Positions 44,681 through 53,409 of a stretch of DNA of 64,000 bases are shown one piece after another. Source of the stretch: Candidatus Marinacidobacterales bacterium. Lineage in GTDB: Bacteria; Acidobacteriota; Vicinamibacteria; Marinacidobacterales; DATDRI01. Location of the stretch: positions 1,984,001 through 2,048,000 of the forward strand of contig CBDCNP010000002.1 of assembly GCA_965219415.1 (NCBI GenBank), given 5' to 3'. The position numbers and the translations under genes are program-made. Below the pieces are notes generated by a model. The model was not told the DNA's origin, made no database searches, and worked only from the letters and a program-made list of their open reading frames with translations. How positions within the stretch are numbered: position 1 is the stretch's first letter; each line of letters starts with the position of its first letter.

Positions 44681-45782
44681 TCACTTGATGAACAGCTGGA
44701 CCAAGGCCTCGGCCAAGGCGGGAAGCCCTGTGCTGTTGGCATTCGTGAGAACGGCAACAACCAGTTTGGCGTCCGGAATGACCCAGAAATCGGCCGTAGC
44801 GCCTACGTGTTGTCCCCCGTGGCCAACGGCACTGTGGCCTGCCAGTTCCCGCACTTGCCAACCGATACCATAGCCTGTCCTCTCCCCGTCGGCTGCCTGC
44901 ATCGGCGTCCATAAGAGTTGTAGGGTATCGCGTGAGAGAAGTTCATGCTCGAGCATTGCTTGGCCGTAGCGGGCAAGGTCTTCGGCAGTGGAGAGGAAAC
45001 CACCGGAAGCCCAAGCGTCGCTGCAGTCGATTGCCGGTACGTTCATTACGCTCCCGCCTATTACGCCATAAGGGCGAGCGCGATTCGAAATGATTGAAAA
45101 GTTTTGATCCGGGAGCGTGTGGGTCATCCCGAGCGCGGCAAACACCCGTCTTTCCATCAACTCGAGAAACGGCTCGTCGGAAGCTCCCTCCAGCACCGCG
45201 GCAATCAGGTTCCATCCGTAGCTCGAATACTCGAACCTCTCACCCGGTCGAAAGAGCAGCGGCTTGTTCTTGAACTTGTCCAGGGCATGCACAACGTTCT
45301 CGTAGTGGGTGGAATTGAGAAACTCCTCTTCGCTGTAGTGGGGAATGCCGGAGAGGTGCCCGGCTAAGAGCCGTGTTGTAATCGGGTACTGTTTCTCTGG
45401 AAAAGCCGGTGCATACTTTTGCACAGGGCGGTCGAGGTCGAGCCTTCCTTCCTCAACTAGCAGACCCAATGCAGCTGCCGTCAATGTTTTAGAGATACTG
45501 CCGATGCGGAACCGGGTTTCGGTGAGAACCGGAGCCTTGTGTTCGAGAGCCGCGTAACCGAACCCCTCCGACCAAACCAGTTTGCCCTCCCGCAGGACAG
45601 CTACGGACATGCCCGGGAGTTGCTCTCATGAGTCTTCGAATTTGTGCGCGGCCTTCTGCGATGTCGGTTCCGACACTGCTGGATTCCTGTGCGTAGGGCT
45701 GGGAGGAAAACATAGCCAAGAACAGAAATAGAAATAGAAATAGAAATAGAAATAGGGTCATCGGAGTGCCTGGAATTTTCAT
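44681..45782 (-). CDS. Exported serine hydrolase (class C beta-lactamase family; frameshifted)
   Basis: SISK (SxxK), YSS, HGG motifs; signal peptide in upstream ORF 45489-45782. Confidence 0.88.
45724..45753. repeat. (AGAAAT)5 microsatellite
   Basis: Five perfect hexamers encoding the LF repeat of the signal peptide. Confidence 0.9.
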
Positions 45783-45894
45783 TATGAGTCTCCCTGTTTC
45801 TCTCGCGATTCAGAGGATTGGCTGCACGATGGGATTCCCCCTTCCCTGTTCTAGGGGAAGCGAGACGGGCTGCCATCTGCGGCCGCCAGCACTG

Positions 45895-46160
45895 TTACTT
45901 TACGGGGCCAGTGAGCCACACACCGGGAAGTATTTCGGCGGGCTCGGAGTGTGCACCACAAAGACCCCTCCGAGATCTTCGTAAAAGGACCGCTCCGAGC
46001 TCGCGGGCGTTATCGAGAACTGTCCTCGGACGCCTAGGGGTGTCAAAGAGAATCCGGCGCCCATCTGCCTCGATCAGTGAAACCCCACTCGCCGATCCCA
46101 CCAGAGCACGAACAAGGGTAGAAGAAGCAGCGCTCTCAGGCCTTTTGTTCGATTCCACAT
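45895..46160 (-). pseudogene. Internally deleted MBL-fold metallo-hydrolase
   Basis: Signal peptide, then GIGEWGF, IEADGRRILFDT, NARELG and EILPGVWLTGPV. The HxHxDH region and the C-terminus are missing. Confidence 0.7.
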
Positions 46161-46174
46161 TGGAGGCTGGTAGA

Positions 46175-46940
46175 CTAGCTCGCCAGCAGAGCGTCTGCCC
46201 GTGCAGAGATTTCCTCGAGCGTCTTCTCACCCACCATTTTTTCCCTCACCTTCCCATCTCGATCGACAAACAGGATGGTGGGTACGAGGTGGCTCTGCAC
46301 GACGTCCCCGAGCGAAGCACTGGGATACGACCAGATCTCGTATTCCGGGTCGAACACTTGGAGCGATTCGTTCAGATCCTCCACCGAGCCGCTGTTCACC
46401 CAAACACCGACTACCCGCAGCCCGCGGTCGCCACGAGTGCGCACGATCTCTTGCAGGATCGGAAGTGTCCTCATGGAGTGACGGCAATGAACGGCTAGAA
46501 AAGCCAGGACGACGGGATCGCCTCGCAGATCGCTTGAACGAACGACGTCTCCCCCCGGCGTCCTCGCGTTGAAATCGGGAAGCCGAAAATCGGTGAACCT
46601 CCGCCCGTCTTGAGCCTTTTCTCTGTAGTACATCTTCAGCATGTCACCGCTGGCTCAGGATAGGTCTCCATAGAGGGAGCAGGCCCCGTATTCGGAACAA
46701 CGGTTGGTAGAACGTGAGTCTTGCCTATTAGGGACATGCCTCACCGTCCTTGCAGGTCGTCGCGGCGCATTGATGTTGACTCGTGCCGGATCGAGCTTCT
46801 GTTGAGCTCGCGAAGACCGGGGGGTTGAGGTATTTGTCTAGCTGGTATCCTGCCAGGATACCAGCGACTATCAATACCGCGGCCGCGGACAAAGCGGCCA
46901 GAAAAGTGGGTTTCGCTCTACCGGACTTATCGTTGTTCAT
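46175..46940 (-). CDS. Membrane-anchored TlpA/AhpC-like redoxin, CxxS motif (probably one frameshifted gene)
   Basis: TM in 46728-46940; DFRLPD...SDLRG, FLAVHCRHS, VPTILFVDRDGKV. Confidence 0.75.
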
Positions 46941-47002
46941 CTTTGTCTCCCGTTAACCTTTCGGCGGACGGTCTAGCTCCCCAAGGACCGGCGGCCTATC
47001 TC

Positions 47003-47389
47003 TCAGTCGACATTCATCGGAGGAACATACGTGAGCTCCCGAATCTTGTTCTCGTCAGTCAATCGGACGAACATCTCCCTCGTTGCTTCTTCGAAGTAGA
47101 CTTTGACGAAAGCACCTCCCGAACCCTCATCGAGCTCGGAAAACTCCACTTTCTGGACGTTCCCGAATTTTTCTAGAACGCCTAGTGCGGCGCGCCAGAG
47201 CTCGTCGGGCTGCAGTCCCTTGGTGACGTCGGTAAAGAGTCTCTCGAACGCCTGGTAGTCTTCGTCTTCCAGGTTTTCCACCACCCGTTTCACGGCATCT
47301 ACGAACACCTTCTCCTTTGGTGCCTCGGCCGCAATGGCCATGACCGCAATGGACACGAACGCCAAGGTGAGTCCCATTCTCTTCCTCAT
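47003..47389 (-). CDS. Small secreted protein (NTF2-like/DUF3887-like)
   Basis: ATG after GGAAG; signal peptide; helices followed by beta strands. Confidence 0.65.
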   Translation of the reverse strand: MRKRMGLTLAFVSIAVMAIAAEAPKEKVFVDAVKRVVENLEDEDYQAFERLFTDVTKGLQPDELWRAALGVLEKFGNVQKVEFSELDEGSGGAFVKVYFEEATREMFVRLTDENKIRELTYVPPMNVD

Positions 47390-47506
47390 CTCTTACTTCC
47401 TCACTAGTGAATTTCCCCCGCTTCTAGTTTCGCCAAGAAATCTCCGATCGTCAGGTGTCGGAGGCGCTTGTAGGCAACGTTTTCATTTAACCAAATCCTG
47501 TAAGTG

Positions 47507-47539
47507 CTCTTCTGATCAGAAGAGATTGTCGACCGCTCA
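47507..47539 (-). promoter_or_regulatory. Putative bacterial SECIS after UGA 2
   Basis: TGA + 12 nt + CTCTTCT-GATC-AGAAGAG stem-loop. Confidence 0.62.
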
Positions 47540-47678
47540 CCCACCTCCCTGCTGCACCCAAACCGTCTCCGGGTTGGCGTGGATGATCTTTCCATCACTC
47601 ACTTCCACGGTTATCGGCTTGCTGCAGTGGGCGCAGGAGTCGTTCAAACGAAAAGAGTCTCCATCTTTTTGATATTCG

Positions 47679-47713
47679 TCGCTGGTGACCACCAGCAAAA
47701 AGTCGACGGCTCA
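47679..47713 (-). promoter_or_regulatory. Putative bacterial SECIS after UGA 1
   Basis: TGA + 14 nt + GCTGGT-GGTC-ACCAGC stem-loop. Confidence 0.7.
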
Positions 47714-47738
47714 CCAGACCCCAAAGGGCTTCCCGTTG

Positions 47739-49111
47739 GAGCTACCCTCAGAAGGTGTGGAAATAAAGTAAAGGCGGAGTAACCTTCCGCGTCACGAAAC
47801 ACGGCCTGAAGGGGCCAACGGAAGGAGACACCGCCATGAAGGAAAAGACCACAAGACGACAGAGCTCGTCAAGGGTGGCTTGGGAGTCGCTGGAGAAGTG
47901 GGCGAGGCTCGAGATCCAGGATTGGGTGCAGGAGCTGATGGTAGCCGAAGTCACGGAGCTTCTCGGGCGTGAGAAATCGGAGAGACGGAAGCCCGTGGAC
48001 ACAACGGCGGGCTATCGAAATGGATACGGTAAGCCTCGGAAGCTGACGATGAGCGTGGGCACGGTGACGGTTCGCCGGCCGAGAGTACGGGACGTGGAGG
48101 AGAGGTTCGAAAGTCGAGTGCTTCCGCTGTTCAAGCGTCGGAGCGAAACGGTGAGCGAGTTGATTCCGGAGCTGTACCTGCATGGACTAGCTCACGGAGA
48201 TTTCGATCTGGCGCTCCGCGGGCTTCTAGGGGAGGACGCTCCACTTTCTCCCAGCACGGTGTCGCGGCTGAAACAGAAATGGCAGGGAGAGTACGAGCAG
48301 TGGCTAGCTCGCCCACTGGACGAACTCGAGCTCGTGTCCCTGTGGGTAGATGGCGTGTACGTGAAGGCCGGCCTTGAGAAGGACAAGGGCGGCGGTGCTA
48401 GTTGCGGTTGGTGGCCTGTCCGACGGGACGAAAATCGTCCTGACGCTGGAGGCCGGGCATCGAGAATCCGAAGCGTCATGGTCGTCGCTGCTACGGAGAC
48501 TGAAGAAGCGCGGTCTGAGATGTCCCCGTTTGGTGATCGGTGACGGTCATCTCGGCATCTGGGCCGCGACCCGAAACGTATTTCCAGAAGCTGAGGAGCA
48601 GCGGTGCTGGAACCACCGAATCCTCAACGTACTGGACCGGATTCCGAAAAGGGACCAGGCGCAGGCCAAGCCGCTGTTGACGGCGACCCCCTACCCCACC
48701 AGCCTGCAGGAGTGCGAGACGAAGAAGGCCAAGTTCCAGGATTGGTGCTTGCGCAAGGGTCTTCCGGGGGCCGCGCACGTGCTCGACGAGGACTGGGAGC
48801 GGATGGTCAGCTTCTATTCCTTTCCCAAGCCTCACTGGCAACACCTTCGCACGAGCAACGTCGTGGAGTCACCGTTCGCTGCACTGAGATTGAGAACGGA
48901 TGCGGCCAAAAGGTTCAAGAAAGTCGAGTCCGCCACTGCGACAATCTTCAAACTGCTTCTGGTTGCGGAGAAGAATTTTCGCCGGCTCAACGCACCGGAG
49001 CTGATGCGAGAGGTTCACCTGGGCGTTCGATTTGAAGATGGAGACAGGGTAACGGAGTCGTCGAAGGTTGCTGCTGCCTGAACTTTTTTACACACCTATT
49101 GACAAGAGCTC
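47739..49111 (+). mobile_element. IS256-family insertion sequence, copy 2 (near-identical to 10905-12277)
   Basis: Same TIRs. 8-bp target duplication TCCCGTTG at 47731-47738 and 49112-49119. Confidence 0.95.
47836..49081 (+). CDS. IS256-family transposase (frameshift near 48388)
   Basis: Same protein as 11002-12247. Confidence 0.93.
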
Positions 49112-49193
49112 TCCCGTTGCCCACCGTCACTGTATGGAAGTTGTGACGGAGCGGCCCGCCCCAGCGGGCGTACTTGTCGGCAAGCGCATAACC

Positions 49194-50593
49194 GGTCAAG
49201 TCTTAATTTTCCTGTCAAATCTCCGTACGGTTCCCCGCGCTCGGTTAAGCTGCTGATTCCTCCGACGTGCCTTGCGGGAGAAGCTCGTTGCGAAGCTCCT
49301 CGACTTTCCTAGCGGCGAAGACATCCATCCTCACGCCGCGCCATTTGTTTGCGGCGGCCAAGAGCACAGCGAACGAGAGTTTCATCGCGGCCTCCTCGGT
49401 GAAGAAGTGAGGAATGACCTTTGTGCGACGTTTGTGCTCTCCGAACGTGCGCTCAAGTAGATTCGACGTGCGAAGCCTTTTGTGATGCGCCGCAGGAAGG
49501 CGTAGCGCCTGAAGACATGCTTCGAGGGTCTCTTCCATGCACTTCATCGCGCTCGGGAATCGTTGACGGTACCGAGCGATCACCTCCCGACCCTTCTTCA
49601 GCCCTTGCTCGTAGCTGTTCGCATGGAACGACTCAAGGATGGCCGCCTTGAGTTCGTCGCGCACTTCCTTCGGAGCCTTGCCCAGGATGTTCTCGAGGCG
49701 GTGCTTCTGGCAACGTTGCTTGAGGCTTCGAGGGAAGACCTCTGCGATCGCTTTGAGCACTCCAGGATTCCCGTCCGTCACGATGAGCAACGGCTCCCTC
49801 ATTCCTCGGGCCACTATCTCCTGCAAGAACCCCTTCCAGTTCTCGTAGGATTCTCGGTTGCCGACACCGATATGAAGAAGAACTCGCGTCCCATCAGCGC
49901 GATAGCCGGTCGCAACGAGGATGGGCTCTTTCCTCTCCGCTCCTTGGTGGTAGCGCAGGTACGTGCCGTCGAGCTCGAGATACAACAGCTTCTCGTTCGA
50001 GAGATCCCGTTTTCGAAACGCCTCGAAATCCTCCGACAGACACCGTGTGACCCGGCTCACCACCGACTTCGAGACACCCGTGCCGCTCAGCACGTCCGCG
50101 AACGTCGCCTCAATGTCACGCGTCGACATCCCGTGGACGTACATCCGCGCGATCAGTTCATCGAGTTTCTCGGTCCGGCTCACGTAGGCGTCGAGAATCT
50201 TTGACTGAAACACCTTCTCTGTTTCTCGTACCCGCGGCACTTGCACCGTCACCGCTCCCTCGCCCGTGAGGACCCGATGCGACTCATACCCGTTGCGTCG
50301 TCCCTTCTCCTTCGTCGTTGCCGGAGCGTTCTCATAGTAGTTTCGACCCAACGCCTCCGTCACCTCGCGCTCCAACGCATATTGAAGCATCATCTGAGCT
50401 CCCGACCGGACGATCTCCGAGAGATTCATCTCCCCAAATACCAGTTGTTCCTCGAACTGCTTGAGCAATCGCTGACTCGGTAGTACCTTTCCCATGATGT
50501 ATGGTTCTCCTTTTCTGTCCCCATGACGGGGACGGGTTTGAGCTTGGGGAACCATACATCGTTTTTCTTTGACAGGAATCTTAAGACATCACC
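49194..50593 (-). mobile_element. Second, distinct IS256-family insertion sequence
   Basis: 26-bp imperfect TIRs GGTCAAGTCTTAATTTTCCTGTCAAA / GGTGATGTCTTAAGATTCCTGTCAAA. 9-bp target duplication CGCATAACC. Confidence 0.95.
49245..50495 (-). CDS. IS256-family transposase (intact)
   Basis: RRNGY, GMSTRD, LDGT, TDG, QRCQKH, RTSNLLER. Confidence 0.95.
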   Translation of the reverse strand: MGKVLPSQRLLKQFEEQLVFGEMNLSEIVRSGAQMMLQYALEREVTEALGRNYYENAPATTKEKGRRNGYESHRVLTGEGAVTVQVPRVRETEKVFQSKILDAYVSRTEKLDELIARMYVHGMSTRDIEATFADVLSGTGVSKSVVSRVTRCLSEDFEAFRKRDLSNEKLLYLELDGTYLRYHQGAERKEPILVATGYRADGTRVLLHIGVGNRESYENWKGFLQEIVARGMREPLLIVTDGNPGVLKAIAEVFPRSLKQRCQKHRLENILGKAPKEVRDELKAAILESFHANSYEQGLKKGREVIARYRQRFPSAMKCMEETLEACLQALRLPAAHHKRLRTSNLLERTFGEHKRRTKVIPHFFTEEAAMKLSFAVLLAAANKWRGVRMDVFAARKVEELRNELLPQGTSEESAA

Positions 50594-50814
50594 CGCATAA
50601 CCCGTCGCTCCCTCCGAGGAATCCGTGAGCAAGCCGGCTCTCTTCATGAAGCCGAGTCGGCCCGCTAGTATTCCGACGCGTATGTTGAGATTCTCCGAGA
50701 GCTCCTGGAGGGAGGGGAGACGCTGACCCAGCTCGTGATGGTTGATGATTTGCTTGGCGATCCGCTTCTCCTCGCTACCCAAGAGGTAGTTGTTCGGTCC
50801 CCAACTCTCCCTAA

Positions 50815-51669
50815 TCAATCGATGCTGAGGACAAGTTTGCCACTTGCACCCATGAGACGGCGCACACGCGTGGAAACCGGGGGCGTGATAGAACGCGAAG
50901 CTGGTTGCCGGGTAGGGTGCCGGCACGGGGAAATCGGCCGACGCCACGAATGCGATCTCGACGAGGGCCGACGCGACGACGAGGCGATCGCCAACGGCTA
51001 GCGCAGCCTACTCATCGGAAACGCCGCTCCTGCAGGTAAGCGACGAGCGGGACGAGAGCCATTCGGAGAACAAGTCCCGCTCCGAGGCCGACGAAGAGCG
51101 CCGTCAGAAAGTCCCCAGGGGGGCTCACCGCCATCCGGAGCGACTCCGCCCACCACACCCCAAGAGGGGTGACGAAGCAGAGAACTTCTACCGCGGCGCG
51201 CTTCAGGTTGTCCCCGACGGAGGGAATGCGTGAGCTCGTGAGCGACGGCAGCTGAGAGCTCCATGGTGTCTAGCGTCTCGATTGCTTTCCGGGAAACCAG
51301 GATACGAGGTCGGAAGAAGCCGACATTACAGAGAAGCACACCCGGGCCTGGGTGAATGCGTATTCTCCAACGATCGGTGGCGCGCTTTGCGAACCGCCCT
51401 CCCGCCAACGTCGCGATTTTTTCGCGAACGAGTGCGAAGGCTGTACCGAGCTTCACGGCGTCGATCGAGCTCGTCGGATGGGAGTTCCCTTTTTCCGACA
51501 CTCGGTATCCACGAAACGCGAAATAGCTGGTTCGCGTCGCCCATATGAGGCCGAGACCGACGCTAGCAACCTGGAAGAACTCTATCCACTGGCAGGCGGT
51601 GGGATTCTGGAGAAAAAAGGCGGTCTTGGCCAGGAGAAGCACGTACTGCTCGGCTAACCAGTCAATCAC
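50815..51669 (-). pseudogene. M56/M48-type (BlaR1/MecR1-like) membrane zinc peptidase without a penicillin-binding domain; frameshifts and a TAG
   Basis: GFFRPRILVS, HELTH, DNL, QERRxDE, VASALVEI, RVRRL. TAG at 51008-51010. Confidence 0.8.
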
Positions 51670-51688
51670 CGTCACTCCTAATGGGTGC

Positions 51689-52144
51689 CTACTTGGTCGT
51701 GGGCTTCTTCTTACGCTTCTCCTCGATGAGCTGACCCAGCTCCCGCAGTCGGTTCGACTCTGCATTACCGAGACGGTCGACGAACGCGGAAAGCACGGGG
51801 CCCGAGAGATCCTCGGCCAAACCGGAAAAGACCTCCAGACTGGCGCGAGCGAGAAACTCTTGGCGGCTGCACGTAGGGTGGTAGCGAAAGGCGTTGCCCT
51901 CGGGGCTCCGCCGCAGGTAACCCTTTTCCGCCAACCGACTCATCACCGTCATGACGGTGGTGTAGGCCAAGTCTCGCTGCTGAGTAGTTAGGGACTGGTG
52001 GATTTCCCGAACCGTGGCCGATTCCTTCTTCCAGATCTTCTCCATGATGCGACCCTCCAAGTCCCCGAGGAGCTTAGTCACGCCGCTCTTTCCAGGCCGA
52101 TAGGTCAGGTCCGCAAAGTCCCTCTTCTTGGTTCCTCGTCCCAT
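51689..52144 (-). CDS. BlaI/MecI/CopY-family repressor
   Basis: LGDLEGRIMEKIW, TVREI, LAYTTVMTVMSRLAEKG. Confidence 0.95.
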   Translation of the reverse strand: MGRGTKKRDFADLTYRPGKSGVTKLLGDLEGRIMEKIWKKESATVREIHQSLTTQQRDLAYTTVMTVMSRLAEKGYLRRSPEGNAFRYHPTCSRQEFLARASLEVFSGLAEDLSGPVLSAFVDRLGNAESNRLRELGQLIEEKRKKKPTTK

Positions 52145-52145
52145 G

Positions 52146-52182
52146 TACTACGCATTGTAGTAAATCGAGATCGAAAAAGCAA
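52146..52182 (-). promoter_or_regulatory. Promoter and BlaI-type operator
   Basis: TTGCTT-N17-TACAAT on the minus strand. Palindrome TACTAC-N5-GTAGTA (52146-52162) covers the -10 element and abuts the ATG, so the transcript is near-leaderless. Confidence 0.75.
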
Positions 52183-52280
52183 ACCGCAATCAATGCGTAG
52201 GTAATACCAAGAAGAGAGGCCCGCATGACGACCTTGAACACAAGTCTTTGCGCCTTGGACCAAAGAGAGGGCTCAGCATG

Positions 52281-52303
52281 CCTGGTGCCGGGAGCGGGAC
52301 TCG
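52281..52303 (-). repeat. Degenerate copy of the tRNA-Leu 3' end (att remnant)
   Basis: CCTGGTGCCGGGAGCGGGACTCG versus CCTGGTGCCGGGGGCGGGACTCG at 54974; one mismatch. Confidence 0.75.
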
Positions 52304-52370
52304 CCTGCCAGGCCGCAGCTCGCAGTCGAACCGCGGAGCGAAACCTATTCCTTACGAGTTGAGGGTGTCG

Positions 52371-52402
52371 GCCATTGACTTACTAAGTCAATGGCTTATA
52401 AT
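52371..52402 (+). promoter_or_regulatory. TA promoter with perfect 12-bp inverted-repeat operator
   Basis: GCCATTGACTTA-C-TAAGTCAATGGC overlaps TTGACT-N16-TATAAT. Confidence 0.8.
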
Positions 52403-52413
52403 AGATGGGCGTG

Positions 52414-52708
52414 ATGTTGTTCGAAATGGAATCCGAACAAGGACAGAGTCAATCGAGAACGACATGGTATCTCCTTCGAAGAGGTCAAGGAGCTATTCAC
52501 GAGCGACACAGACTTCTTGGAGATCTACGACGAAGAACATTCAGACGAAGAGGATCGCTTCATTGCGATCGGTCCGATCCGCGCTGGAGTCGTTGTCGTG
52601 GTTTGCACGGAGCGCGGAGACGACGTCATTCGCATAGTGAGCGCGAGAAAAGCCACGAAAAAGGAAATCCAACTTTTCCGCCAATACTATGGGGGCGCCA
52701 ATGAGTGA
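52414..52708 (+). CDS. BrnT-family toxin (frameshift near start)
   Basis: FE-WNPNK...N..RHGISFEE, EHS..EDRF..IG, IRIVSARKAT. Confidence 0.88.
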
Positions 52709-52994
52709 CGACATTCGCAAGTTGAACGACGAGGATTTCGCACGTGCCATCCCGCGGAAGCAACGTGAACGCATCATACGCGGCCAGATTGATCCGGGCA
52801 AGGACATCGTCTCCCTTAGACGGTTTACTGGTCTAACACAGCAGGAGTTCGCGGATGCTTTGGGCATCAGTGTTCACACGTTGCGCAACTGGGAGCAAGG
52901 TCGCCGAAGTCCCGAGGGGCCGGCCCTAGCTCTGCTGCGCATTGCAGCTCGGCACCCACGCGTCCTGCGCGAGAATCTGGCAGCTTCAGCCTGA
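52701..52994 (+). CDS. Xre/HTH antitoxin
   Basis: LTQQEFADALGISVHTLRNWEQGRRSPEGPA; overlaps the toxin stop. Confidence 0.88.
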   Translation: MSDDIRKLNDEDFARAIPRKQRERIIRGQIDPGKDIVSLRRFTGLTQQEFADALGISVHTLRNWEQGRRSPEGPALALLRIAARHPRVLRENLAASA

Positions 52995-53069
52995 ACCGGT
53001 CCCCTGGGTGCGTAGCAGCGCGTCCGGGTAAGCGTGCCCATCCGCCGCTCACACGGAAATCGCGTTGAT

Positions 53070-53130
53070 CCTGGTGCCGGGGGCGGGATTCGAACCCGCA
53101 CGAGGGGTCACCTCAGGGGATTTTAAGTCC
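53070..53130 (-). repeat. ~60-bp direct repeat of the tRNA-Leu 3' half (att site)
   Basis: Matches 54974-55034 with one mismatch, from CCA through the anticodon loop. Confidence 0.92.
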
Positions 53131-53409
53131 GTCCGACGGGTAGGCACTATCGGTCGCTATCTGCACAAGATGACTCGATCGAGGCATTTACTTTGGGTGA
53201 CGAGCTGTCCTTTGTGCACGATAGCAACGATAGGGCCTCATAGTTCAAGGCAAATTGAAGGCAAACGACATGAGCCGACTACCGTTTCGGGAGCGCCGCT
53301 CCCGCAAACATCTCCAACCTACCGAATCAACTCCGGATGTCCTTCATGAACAGGCGTTAGGAGGCTCGGCAGAGCCACTGAGGTGGCGAAGGTTTTGCGG
53401 ATGTATCTG

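Larger units (their letters stand above)
47404..50818 (-). pseudogene. MerB-like (alkylmercury lyase fold) candidate selenoprotein with three in-frame UGA, interrupted by two IS256
   Basis: Segments 50818-50594, 49184-49112 and 47730-47404 join in frame. They give an HTH followed by GVW*AVD...DSCAHC...GGG*AVDNLF*SEEHL(R)IWL, parallel to MerB WCALD / SHCAAT / FCCHVHFFAS...W. One extra base near 47500. Confidence 0.82.

Noticed and set aside
50426-50947. 173-aa ORF as a real gene
   Set aside because: It is a chimera of the M56 tail, the MerB-like N-terminus and IS end sequence.
44681-52144. Classical bla operon (BlaI-BlaR1-beta-lactamase)
   Set aside because: The peptidase lacks a penicillin-binding sensor domain, the serine hydrolase is five genes away and generic, and the MBL remnant is not of a beta-lactamase subclass I can recognise.
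53070-53130. Second tRNA-Leu gene
   Set aside because: The 5' half (acceptor 5' strand and D arm) is absent, so it is an att-type duplication.
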